Below, in pieces: positions 52,401 to 64,000 of a DNA stretch of 64,000 nt; within the stretch, counting starts at the first letter, position 1, and every line of letters starts with the position of its first letter. Position numbers and translations under genes: made by a program. Under the pieces are notes generated by a model. That model had not been told where the DNA came from and made no database searches. It saw only the letters and a list, made by a program, of their open reading frames with translations. The DNA lies in assembly GCA_021613535.1 (NCBI GenBank), contig CP075495.1, positions 10,540,001 through 10,604,000 of the forward strand, given 5' to 3'. This DNA comes from Adineta vaga. Taxonomy: Eukaryota > Animalia > Rotifera.

Positions 52401-55400
52401 TCAACAATATCTCCATTGATTTTTACCTGTTTCTTGATCATTTTGACTATGCTTTTGTTCCATGGCTTCATATGATGTTATTCTAATAAAACGAAAATCA
52501 TTTCCCTCAAATAAATAAAAATCAATTCAAAGTAACAATTACCTTGTCCCATCAGCAAAACTAACAATTCGAGATCCATCACTACGAAAAACAATCACAA
52601 CTTTATCTTCTCGATGAATAACTTGCTAAAAATAAGAGAGAAATACTTTTTATAACTTTATTTCATTTCTCATTACTTCTGATGTTTTTGGATTTGTTTC
52701 AAGAATTAATCTTAATTGGTCAATTTTTTCATATTCATGTGTTGTTGTATTTTGTCTATATACTTGTCCATCTGATGTTACACATTTCCATTCAAAAACA
52801 AGCGGTTTAACTTCTTCATTTATAGTAGTTACATCGGTTCCTTGTTTGGAATCGACTTTCTTCTTTCCTCGACTATCACTTCTACTACCTTTTTTCGTTG
52901 TTTGAGCACTTTCAGTAGCTATTTCAATTTCCGGTTCATTTGGATATACAATCGTCTTCGTAAATATGCCACCATCAGGTTGAAGAATCTATGAATAGAA
53001 TAAACTCACGATATTTAATTCGAAAATACAAAATATAATAGACATACGATCAATTCACCATTACGTTTAAATATCATTACATGTCCTTCGCCATCAATAA
53101 TACGTGAAGATTCTTCATAAGCATTCAAACGTGATTGTTCACATGTATGAAAACCTTTCGATTGACATGCATAATATTGCTTAACAACAAGTCGATGAAG
53201 TTGTTTCGCATGTGTTGGTTTAACACCTACAATGCATCAATAGTGTACAAAACAATCTTTCGATCATTTTGCGAATTTCTTTCTCTTACCAAGAAATGTT
53301 TCTGGATAATATGTAACAACTAAACCTGTTGGTATTGATATGGTTAAACGTTGAAATGGTTCAGGATCATATTGTGGCTCTGGAGGTGGTTTTTCCTATG
53401 AAACGAAACGAAATAATCAAAAAAATGTGATGAATTGAATTGATTATATTTTGTATATATTGAAATTATTTTAAAGAGAAATCTAATCACAGACTAAGCG
53501 AATGCACTAAAAGAAGAAGAGAATGAAGTACTACCTCATCGATAAAGTTTGTATCCTACAGAATGATTATTATTTTGTTAAAAACAAACATGAGAATGAA
53601 ATGTAAAGTCAAAGATTAGATAATATGTCTTACCACTGGTGGAGCTTCAACTTCAACTGGTTTAACTTTTTTCTTGCCTTTGGTCGTATGAGCATCTTTC
53701 TTTTTCTCGTCTGTTGTTTCAGAATTGACATGTTCAACTGAAGCTGCCGGTGGTGGTGGTGGAGGAGGAGCCGGTGCTTCAACTGAAATTAAAATGGACT
53801 GTTCATAAATCAATCAAAAATGAAAAGTCTTACCTTTAGGAGCTTTCATATCATAATTACTGCAGGAAACAATCATTCCTGAATTTAATAAAGCTGTGAA
53901 GACCCCATATTGAGCAACACGTTTTTCTGATATTGAATTATCTATGATAGATAAAACTATCGAAATAGAATTTGGTTTACATAACGAAACGAACCATCTT
54001 TAGATTTACTGCTTTCATCTGTGCTGGTATGTGTCGATGATTCCGGTTGTTGTTGATTATTATCATTATTACTGCTATTATTGTTATTTGCTGATTTAAT
54101 CGGATTGATTAATTGTACCATATATGAACTTTTATTTCGATATAAACTGAAGAGAAACGAACAGTTAATTATTATTTGTATTAGTTGCATCTGAAATCGA
54201 AACAAACCTTGCTGAAACACAAGTTGATCCTCGTTTTAGTGAATCGACACGTGTACGAACAAAGCATCCGTCAGGAAGAAGTAAATGAGTTGTACTACAT
54301 TGTGCACTTAAAAGATGATTGCCTAAGCTGTAACCAGTAAACTAAATTATTATACAAAAGAAAAAGAAATCAATCAGAGAACATAAAAAGAACCTATCAA
54401 AATTACTTGCTCAACTGGTTCGTCTATTGGTGGTGGTGGTGGTTGTGTTTCCTGTGATAAAAAAAGTTTCGTTTGTTTTTCTTTTGTAAAAGTAAATATG
54501 AATAGATGATACATACGGGTGGCTTTTCAATGGATACACTGCTTGCTTGTTGTTTCAGTTTGTTATCTTTAGAAGATTTCTCTTGTGCTTTTTCAGATGC
54601 TCGAGGTGTTTTAGTTTTTCCTCGTTTTGTTGCTGATTCTGCTCGTTTTGCTTTGGCTAGTTCTTCTTCCTGAATTTCTTTATCTCGTTTTTGTTTCCAT
54701 ACTTTTAATGATGTTGGATGAGCATAATCATCACGAATTGTTTGTTCATCTTCTGCTGTCGTATTTCCTGCTTCTGAACTAACACTTGTAGATCGTGATC
54801 GTGCTGGTGGTGTTTCTAACAATAAAAATTTTTTGTTTAAAAAAAAGGGATCTTCTTCAAGATTACGAAAGTACTTTTCCCCGCTGCTTTTCCTTTCTTT
54901 CCAGCACCAGCACCTTTGGTTGCATCTGGCGTGGGTGTCGTTTGACGAACATAGGTTTGAACTTCTTGTGCGAGTACATCAGCTTGATATTTTGCTTCTT
55001 CATCACGAAGCCAATCGACAATTTCATAGGATATTTCATCAAGAAAATTTCTATAAAATACCTGATTCGAAATATCAATTATAATGAAAGTAACATACCT
55101 GAATCCAACATCGGAAAATAATTTTTTACTAGTAGTTTTATAGCCTATCGTTTTATCTGTTGGAATAGGTAATGAAAGTACCATCATATGTGTTTGATCT
55201 CGTCGATTAAAATAAATATCCACATGTGAATGCGTGAATAGAGCTTGTTCAATTACCTATTACGAAAAAAGAAAAAAAAACTATCTTATATTATCATCCA
55301 AAGAGTTTCAAACATTTCTCTTATCTATAGATATGATATGTTTAGTTTAAATGATTAGAATTCAATCAATAATAGAAACTAAACTATAAATACATACTTG

Positions 55401-58400
55401 AAGAAATATTTCTGGTTCAAAATGTTCTGCAAAATTCCAATCATTTAAATTACGTTTATGATGTTGTAAAACTGCTTGAATAGTTCCATCAACATGAACA
55501 TCTCCAACTGGTGGTAATATATGTGGCAGTTGTTGAGAGAGATCTTTATCTAAATTATCAAAATTAAAACGAATATTATTGGCTGTAGAAATCACACATC
55601 TCAGTTATCACAAAAATTAGACAAGAGAAGAATTAAAGATGTTTTTTTCGATTTACCTGGTTGTCTTGATGATTGATTGTCAGATCGCTGTGTTGATCCT
55701 GCTGATGCTAAAGGCAAACAATACATTCATTCATGAATATTTTATTGATTTAACATACAATGACTGGATGTACTTGATGAACGTGTTCGTGTTGAAAGTC
55801 CAATTCTTCCTGTTTCTTGATTTGTTCTTAATAATTCATATGGATCATCCCAAACGATGGGTTGAAAATTACTGGATAACTTCTTTTCTTCGTCATTGAG
55901 ATTTGTTAAGCGGTTTTCAAAATTAAACTGTTCATCATCTTGATTACTACTAGCTGCTGATGATGGACGACTCGTTTGTTGTTCATTTGTGTTTTCTATC
56001 ATTGGATTTAATGAAATACATTCGAAAGTAAATTGTTTCAAAATATGATCCACATCTAAATGAAGAGAAGATACAGATGAAAAAAAGATTTTTATATTTC
56101 TTTTTCGTTATACCTGTTGGAAGGAGATCATCAGCAATACAAAACTGAAGAAATTGATTAAGACGTGTTTGTCGTTCTTTTTCATCGGGATCATGCGATT
56201 TTTTTCGTGATAGTTCCGGTAGATTAACAAGAGATGAATGATTGACTAATGAATCACGTTCAATTTTAATTGGATCGAGTATAGCTAAACGATTTAATGT
56301 TATCAAACGTTGTTTAATTTCATCACCATAATAAACCATTGTTGGACCTGATCCAGTTGTTTTTGTATATGGAGATTTAGGAACAAGTTTTTCAGTTTCC
56401 TATTTCAACATAATAAATTAGACTTTTACTTTCTATATTTTCGTACACTTGCCTTTTGTTGTTGTTTTCCCATTGAAAGTGACATTAATTTGTCACGTAA
56501 ATATTGTCCAACATCATTGTTTTCATTAGATAAATTGGAATTATTACTATTTGGATTGGCAAGTTTTGCTTCCACCTAAAAACTTTCTTTTCTATTAAAG
56601 AATTCATATGGTATGGAAACAAACTTGTTCGAGAATGCCATGCAAAATAAGTGGTACACTAATCGATTCTGGTGGAATAACTGTCGTCATTTCAGTATAG
56701 ATTTTTGCATCTGATGTTGATTTTGCTATTTTTTCTTCTAGAAAAAAAACAAATTCATTGTTTGATATTCGAAGAAACGAAAAAATAATTTCTGTTTTGT
56801 TACGAACCAATCACTGGAATCGGTACAACTTTCATTTGTTGATTGAATGTTTTAAATTGTCTTTTACGAATATTTAAACGAAAGCTATTATCAACAATAT
56901 TATCACAAAGTGAATCGGCTAATCTGAACTAGAAATTTTCAAAAATGGAAAGAAAAACAAATAGTCTTATGTTTTATTGTTTTGAATTCGATTTATTCAA
57001 CTAACTTTTTGATCCGAATTGATCCATGAATCAGGTAGTTCTTCGTGTGGAACTTTTAAAGTTGTAACAATCACATCTTGTAACATCGATTGATCTGGTG
57101 CATTATCTAATATTGGCATGAGACTTGTCCAAAAATGATTTATTACTTGATCATTTCGTTGATTTTGTTCAGTAATCTGTTCCGGAGTTGCTAAAAAGTA
57201 ATAAAATCAAAATATTCTTCTTGTTTTATAAAACAATATTTGATAAGACAAGACAAATTAGTTTAGTCAGACAGATTAAACTTGCACTCAAAAACCAAAC
57301 GAATTAAATCATAACAAATCTATCTTGAGATTTGTCAATGATTTATACACAATATCATTGAAAACTCATTAAAACATAAGGTTAATTCTCAAACTAGAAT
57401 ACAAAATTCTTACGTATTGAATCTTTTTCTAAAAACGATCAAGATAGAAAGGAGATATTTTTTCTTTTCTATACGAAAGGAGTTATACATACGTATTTCT
57501 TTCAATACATCAGATTTAAGTGTTTGCTCTTGTCGATCACGTCGAATCATTTCATCAAATAATTGTTTCGTTTCATCTAAATTATCACATGATACATCAG
57601 TAATTGTATCAATGCGTATGCCAACATCATCCAATGCATGTAGAAGTCCAATTGAATAGAATCCACTTAAATATATGTATTGATTTGGTCCATCATTCGG
57701 TTCATCATCTAAATAAAATCGAATATTAATCAGCAATCATGAAAAAGCTTTGTATTTATGAAGAAGAGCAAGTTTAGAGCAAAAAGAAATAGATATGAGA
57801 GCGATAGATTTTACTTTTTTTAGCTAAACTTTCGAAATGGAATAACAATGAAAAGAAAGTTTATAAGTTTACAATGAATTTCTTACCAACATATTTGGTT
57901 TCATCAGTAATTTGATCACGTGTTTTAACACCAGGTGGTTTTTCAATATGTGTATCTGATACAGGTGGTGGAGCAGCAGCTGCAGCTTGTTTTTTTGCGG
58001 CTGCTGCTGCTTTCGGAGATTTTTTACCACCTTTACCTTTTTCTGGTTTAGCTGGTGCGGCTGCAGCTTGTCCTCCTCCCTGAAATCAGAAGAAAAACTA
58101 TAATTAATGATGTATGAACTATTCTACGAACTGTTTTCGTTATTGTTCGAGTTTGAACTTCTTTTTTCAAATCAAGTATACGACATTTGATTAATTTTGC
58201 CCATAATTGATCATCAATATCACTGCCCGCTTCTAGGAGAGTTTTTGCGTGTTCATACGCAGAGACAAATGTCGAGTTATTAAGACTATCAACGAAAGAA
58301 TTTGTTGAAACTGATTTTGCAGCATTTTTGGTTTGTTTTTCGACTTTTCTAATCTAAAGAATTAATTACAATCAAACTTTGTAAAGACACAAAAGAAATT

Positions 58401-58723
58401 GTTTTCTCTGATACGTACAGCTTCAATAAAATCACGTTTGGAAATCACATCAAAACGTCGACGAATATTATGTTGCATAGCTTTTTCAATTAAATCAACA
58501 TAAATCTGATTAATCGCACAGTCTGGTGTTAAGAAACAAACAAATGTTGTCCAATTATCCTAGAAAATGATTTCAGATCGTAGATATAGAAATAAGATGA
58601 TCTCGTATATCTTACTTGATTAATTGAACTTGTTGTTAAAATTGATTCCCATGCGATTCCTGTATCAGCTTTCGCATTTTTCGGACTTTTATTTCGCGGA
58701 CTTTTTGATCCTTTACCCGGCAT
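49470..58723 (-). CDS. SPAG17: Sperm-associated antigen 17 (central-pair PF6 orthologue), many exons
   Basis: N-terminal WESILTTSSINQDNW; ISVPLILHGILEQV; FFIVHEDGSGTELLR; C-terminal IDFGILKEGVTY...KNVGIDSCRFRVRQPPLGTGLRV...LAAGM. Confidence 0.88.
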
Positions 58724-59709
58724 TTTATATATTTATATCTAAAGCTTAAAATAGATGATGCATCTCAGAATGAATTTTGATTTATTTAGTTAGTTAATGT
58801 CTTATTTCTCTATGATATTGCCGTATTCAACAATGCAAGGTCACAAAACATAATTTATGCGATGTCCTCGATGTAAATATGTATAATATTACATAATGAT
58901 TATTTTTTTTTCTAATAAACAAACGGCCACAATAAGTAGCAATGAGTTGCAAGTTATTGATATCGATGAAATCAAATGAGTTACTTCTTTGAGAAAAAAA
59001 TTTGAACGACATCTTATCATCATATATCTTTCTCATTTAAATTCCTGTCATTTTTTTAGGTAATAAATCTCGTACAAAAAAAAAGAAAAAGACAAATTTT
59101 CAGTTTTATCTGATGCATCTCGATAATCATACTGTAAATAATGACGTGACGTTTTGTCATGTTTTATTCACGCTTGACTAATAAACAACAAACATGTCCT
59201 CTGCATACTCTTTCGTCAATGCTTTTTTTCTTCATACTACGCGTTTGTCAACAACGGTCAAATATCAAAAGAATGACAACGATTTAATCAGTCATTCATC
59301 CTATTCTTTGTCGAATATTTTTTTCTTAAATATATTACATGCAAAACTTTCTCTTTTACTATATATACATACACACAAACGTTGTTTTCATATAGAGAGA
59401 AAAACGAAGAAAAAACAATTAAATCAACAATATACCAGTAACACAGGTAAATATATCGACGTCAGATAAATGGTCACATGTTATTTTTTTATCAATCGTC
59501 AATTTTCGATACGATCGGACGAACAGCACATAGAAAGATAAAGAGACAGAGAGAAACAGGGAGGTAGAGAGAGAGAAAGAGAGAGAGAAATGCAGAGGTA
59601 GAGAGAAGGGAGAAACGATGCAACGCTTGTTATACATAGAAATAATATAAAAAGAAAACTATTTAAAATATTTTTGTACCTACGCGTGTATCAACGCTCA
59701 TAACAGTCA

Positions 59710-61055
59710 ATGCCGACTGAAGAGCAGTACCAAAATAAGTTAAGTGCCATTACACATAGTCCTTATTATGGTTGTACAGTACGAGTAATATCAAAAGCTC
59801 ATGTATCCTACGAAGGTGTTCTGGATGGAATTAGTTCCAATAAAGATCGTATATTTCTCAAAAATGTTCATGTCAACGCAAATCTAACAGCGTCATCTGA
59901 TCAAAGTAAGACAAAATGTTCTTCTAAATATTATATGAATAATTACAAATCTGATTTATTTTAGACGAATCAACAGGTACTTTAGAGAAGAGTAGCACTA
60001 GTGATACATTAAATGCTGTTATGATTGATCATTTAACAACGGACATTCATGTATATGAACAAGTATGTTTGAATGTTCGTGATATTCAAGAATTGCGATT
60101 GATTCAATTACCATCAACATTCAATGAATCCAAAAAGAAACTACGTGCTATTGATCCATGTCTTGTTGACATTCGTCTATCACCATCGGATGATTATGAA
60201 ACGCAATCAAATGGCTCACCAAATAGTCAGTCATTACGTGCACCTATTGCACGCCATCGTCGTGGTGAATCATTGGGAAGTACTGGTGATAATATATTAG
60301 TATCTTCTAGTTCTAATGAATCATCAGCATCTTCACATGATTACCGACGATCAGCTGAAAATTTTGCTGATGAAAGTAACGATGAGTCCATCGATGAACA
60401 GATTGAAAAATTCAATCGATTAACAATATCAAATTCCACTCTAAAACCAGTGACATTATTAGCAAAAAAAGTTTTACCAAAAAAAATCGAACGGCGATCG
60501 GACATTTCGTCCATAATGACCACCAATACTGACAATCAACAAACCGTTGACGATTCAACACGAGTAAATGATACTGCTAGTACTACTACCACTACTACTA
60601 ATAATAATACAGCAAAAAAAAGCTTAGTCACTCAACAAAATCAAAAAGGATTATCACCAGTACGTGTAACTATCACAAGTCAATTGAATCCTGATGCCAT
60701 TCCATTCTATACTCAACAACGAAATTTACCTGCTACACAAAATCCATCATTTACATTTTATGAAAGGCCACGTTTTCGACCACGTCTAGCAACAGTTGTT
60801 TCACCAGATCGTACACAAACGGTTCCATACGGAAGAAATACAGTCAATAACAATCAACAGCAACGCATACAACAGCATCATCAACAACCCAATTCATATC
60901 AAAAATTTGTACCTTTACGACAAATGACTATTAAGAAAAATTTTCCACAAACCAATCCAATACGAACAAATCCCAGACCTAACCGACCACCACCACCACC
61001 GATGGCTAAATATCGTTTTCATTCATCAACTACATTGAACAAACGATCATATCCT

Positions 61056-61090
<35 letters not shown>

Positions 61091-61848
61091 ACAACAACAA
61101 CAGCAACAAAAACAGAAACCATTAAATAGTGTTCAAGGTCCAGGTAAGTTTAAATTTCGATGAATTTCGTACGATTGATATTATTTACTTAGAACTCATG
61201 CGACAAACATCATTACCTCCAGAAAATCAATTACTTCCAACAGGATCAGTTCAATTAGGTCTCTTTCAACAACGAAATAATCCAATACATCAATCAACAA
61301 CAAGTATTCATTCTACTACAAGTTTACCTTATCATTATGGCAGCTCAATAGATCGTAATCAACGACTTACACCAATTTCATTTGGAGAACCAATTGGTTC
61401 ACGTCGTAATCAACGTACATGTTCAATGGCAAGTAGTTGCAGTAGTATCAGTGTTGATATTGGTCCTCATTCAATTATTCAATTTGATTCATCATCACCA
61501 AATGTTCTACCATCCTTTGACGAACAATATGATTTTGAAAAAGCTAATGAAGAATTTCGTCGATATCTTGAATTAGAACAATTAGTTACACGTCGTACTC
61601 TATCACATTGTTCAACAGGTTCAACTTCTGATATAAATTCTACGCAACAACAACAGCAACAACAATCACAAGCAAATTCATATAAAAAAGAGATTTCATT
61701 TTTCGATCACATTTCATGTACGGCTACCACTGGTACAGCAGTAGGTTATACAGAAATGGATGAAACAGAAAAAAATCTTGAAACATTTGGTGATGATGCT
61801 CTTCTTCTAACAACTTCAAAATCGATCGATAATGAATGGCAAATATAA
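59710..61848 (+). CDS. LSM14: Divergent LSM14/Scd6/Trailer-hitch-family mRNP protein, 3 exons
   Basis: YYGCTVRVISKAHVSYEGVL...LKNV and VYEQVCLNVRDIQEL (LSm14 domain), FDEQYDFEKANEEF (DFDF), YKKEISFFDHISC (FFD box), NLETFG (TFG box). Confidence 0.8.
61056..61106 (+). repeat. CAA/CAG microsatellite encoding Q17 in the LSM14-like gene
   Basis: (CAACAG)n(CAA)n tract read directly. Confidence 0.9.
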
Positions 61849-62464
61849 TATCAAACAAAACGAAATAATAATAAACTATTAACTTACTTCTATTTCTAAA
61901 CGTATATTTGCATTACACTATAATTCAACATATACTTCAACCATTAACATAAACTAGCAGCTAAGCAACGCTCACGATTTCTATTTTTTTTGCTGTTTGT
62001 ATATTTTGTTTAGTAATCCTCAACGAGGATCTTCAATACAACACACCTATTTTTTTTAAAACACTGCAGTTTTTTATAAAAAAAAAAGTATTCTTCTATA
62101 TTTCTTAATAAACACCACCTTGCATTTTAATCACATTAGTTCCTACTGACATCTATGAAGCGATTTCGAATGATGACTTTTGTCGTTTGTTGTATGTAGT
62201 AGAATTGAAATAGAAAGAGGAGCACTATTTTAAATGTAAATATACAGTAGATAAGTAATTCATACTCATGTTGTTTCTCGAATATAATATTATCGTTATA
62301 TACCAAGCTAATACTTTTTCTTTTTCTTCCATACTAAGATTTTATCAATATTTTCAACAAGGTTTTTTTCCGCCTCCTCACTGTTAACGAAATAATACTG
62401 TTATCTTATCTATTTCTCATATGAATCCTCATAAGATATAATTCATACAAAGAAAGTACGAAGG

Positions 62465-63731
62465 ATGTCCTCATCTACTTTATGTTTACTGAGTATTGCG
62501 CTGTTTGTTTCCATCCAAATAACTGAATCTGTTCATAGCATATATTCATATGACGATGGAAATGGCGGTGAAGAACATTGTTGTATTGCACGAATTCGTG
62601 AGAATTATTGTTTGGCAACACCGATTACACGTAGTTTGATTCAAGTGAATAATCAATGCCATCAATTCAATGGACCTAAAACTCATCGTTCAAACGGCAA
62701 AAAGAAAAATGCTGCATACGAAGATAGAATTCTACGTCGATTAGATGTTAAATCATCGCAAGAAATTGATGATAAAATTCTTTTTGAATTAAAAACTCCA
62801 TTAACAACAAGCGTCTTACACAGAGATCTTGTATGTTTAACATCAACAAAACATGGCATAGATTTAGATAAATGTTATTTGGAATTATCTGATGAAGTAA
62901 ATCATGATAGTGATGATGATGATAATGACGATGATTTCAAAACAAGCAAAAGTCATAGTAAGAAGAAAAAACAGAATTCTTGTCATATATTCTTTAATTT
63001 GAACTTTTTAGAACAAAGACGACAAGAGCAACGTCGTCGTCGGTTTAATAACAAAACGTGCTCATCATGATGCTAGTGAAGAAGATGAGAACATTGATGA
63101 TGAAAATGCATTAGTTGAAGAAAATATTGCTGAAAAAGAAATACGTCGAAGTGAACTTCATCAAACAGTTCGTATTCGTGAGGGTCGTGGTTTATCGATT
63201 CTTCAAACATATACACTCAATATGACACGTATTCTACAAACTCACGATGAACGTGATCGATGTGTCTCATGGTATCGTAAACAAACACGTAAAATACGTC
63301 GTAATCCTGCAAAACATATAAAATTTTGCAGAGAATTAAATGATCATTTGGAAGACTGTGTTAAAAATCTTGTATTTAGTGACATAGAAAAAGAGCATCA
63401 TTCACACAATACAATCGTTTCTCTTGCTATCGGATCAAAATTATATTGTGAAGATCAAACTGGTGCGAATAAATTACTTGGTATTCATCGTCAAGGTGTT
63501 CTATGTTTACAAGCAGAGAATCAAATGGTTATTGAACAAAAATTCAGTGATATTGCTGGTTTATCTGATATAGAAAAGAATCAAAATGTACTCGATTTTA
63601 TTGACGAAAATTCAAAATTTCGAGCAGAATTCGGTCATGATTGTCATGATACGAAAGAATTAGTGGAAGTAGATATAGATGACAAGGAATATCAAGTCAA
63701 AGTGAAGCAGCTTAAAACTAAACGAGAATAA
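62465..63731 (+). CDS. Secreted protein, probable inactive trypsin-like (S1) serine protease homologue; intron about 62958-63011; frame junction near 63042 unresolved
   Basis: Signal peptide and degenerate S1 motifs in the correct order: HCCIARIRENYCLAT, DDKILFELKTPL...VCL, CYL, LQTYTL...C..WY, IKFC, IGSKLYCE...LLGIHRQGVLC, VLDFIDEN. Confidence 0.6.
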
Positions 63732-64000
63732 AAAGAAAACAAAATGACATTGATGATTGATTTTTATTTTTAAATTGTTTTTTTTCGAATCTTTAGTTAA
63801 AATAAACAAGAAATGAAACATACGTAGTTAGGAGATTAATAATAATTATGGTACATGTTAACATAAAGATACGTGAAAAACAAAACACATGAACAGAAGT
63901 AAAAATACGAAGTTCGTGGTCAGAAAAGCAAGACTTTTTGCATTCTCACAGGACTGTTTTAGAGGCGACAAGAAGAATAAAAAGGAAAGTTAAATAGAAC

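Noticed and set aside
49470-58723. SPAG17 as evidence of sperm or cryptic sex in a putatively asexual rotifer
   Set aside because: PF6/SPAG17 is a general central-pair protein of motile cilia, which rotifers have in abundance.
1-64000. Prokaryotic systems (CRISPR, IS elements), intact transposons, or an SL RNA gene
   Set aside because: I saw no repeat-spacer array, transposase or RT ORF, terminal repeats, or recognisable SL exon plus Sm site. The DNA is intron-rich eukaryotic sequence.

Overview
AT-rich (~30% GC by eye) eukaryotic genomic DNA with many ~50-60 nt GT-AG introns. Composition and gene content (NHL-repeat gene, B-box-like coiled-coil orphan) suggest a bdelloid rotifer; this is an inference. 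Gene order: SUCO 3' part(+), TMEM214(+), OVCA2(+), HSDL2(+), LRR-TM protein(-), SGTA(+), cathepsin L-like protease(-), a decayed island with an NHL pseudogene(-), allatostatin-A/galanin-type GPCR(+), two intron-containing tRNA-Ser(UGA)(-), B-box protein(-), orphan(+), ZIC(+), VAMP(-), CACYBP(-), Nudix-like(-), small orphan(-), DDX56(-), RIC1(+), SPAG17(-), divergent LSM14(+), and a secreted protein that looks like a catalytically dead trypsin-fold homologue(+). Main findings: (1) two operon-like arrays in which an unpaired 3' splice acceptor lies only about 22-140 nt after the previous gene's stop codon, consistent with polycistronic transcription resolved by SL trans-splicing; one array contains a possibly horizontally acquired Nudix-like gene; (2) the pseudo-protease with an acidic/polybasic insert; (3) tRNA-Ser(UGA) introns with a compensatory base-pair change; (4) three single-base +1 frame breaks in otherwise intact genes. 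All calls come from reading motifs by eye; no searches were run.
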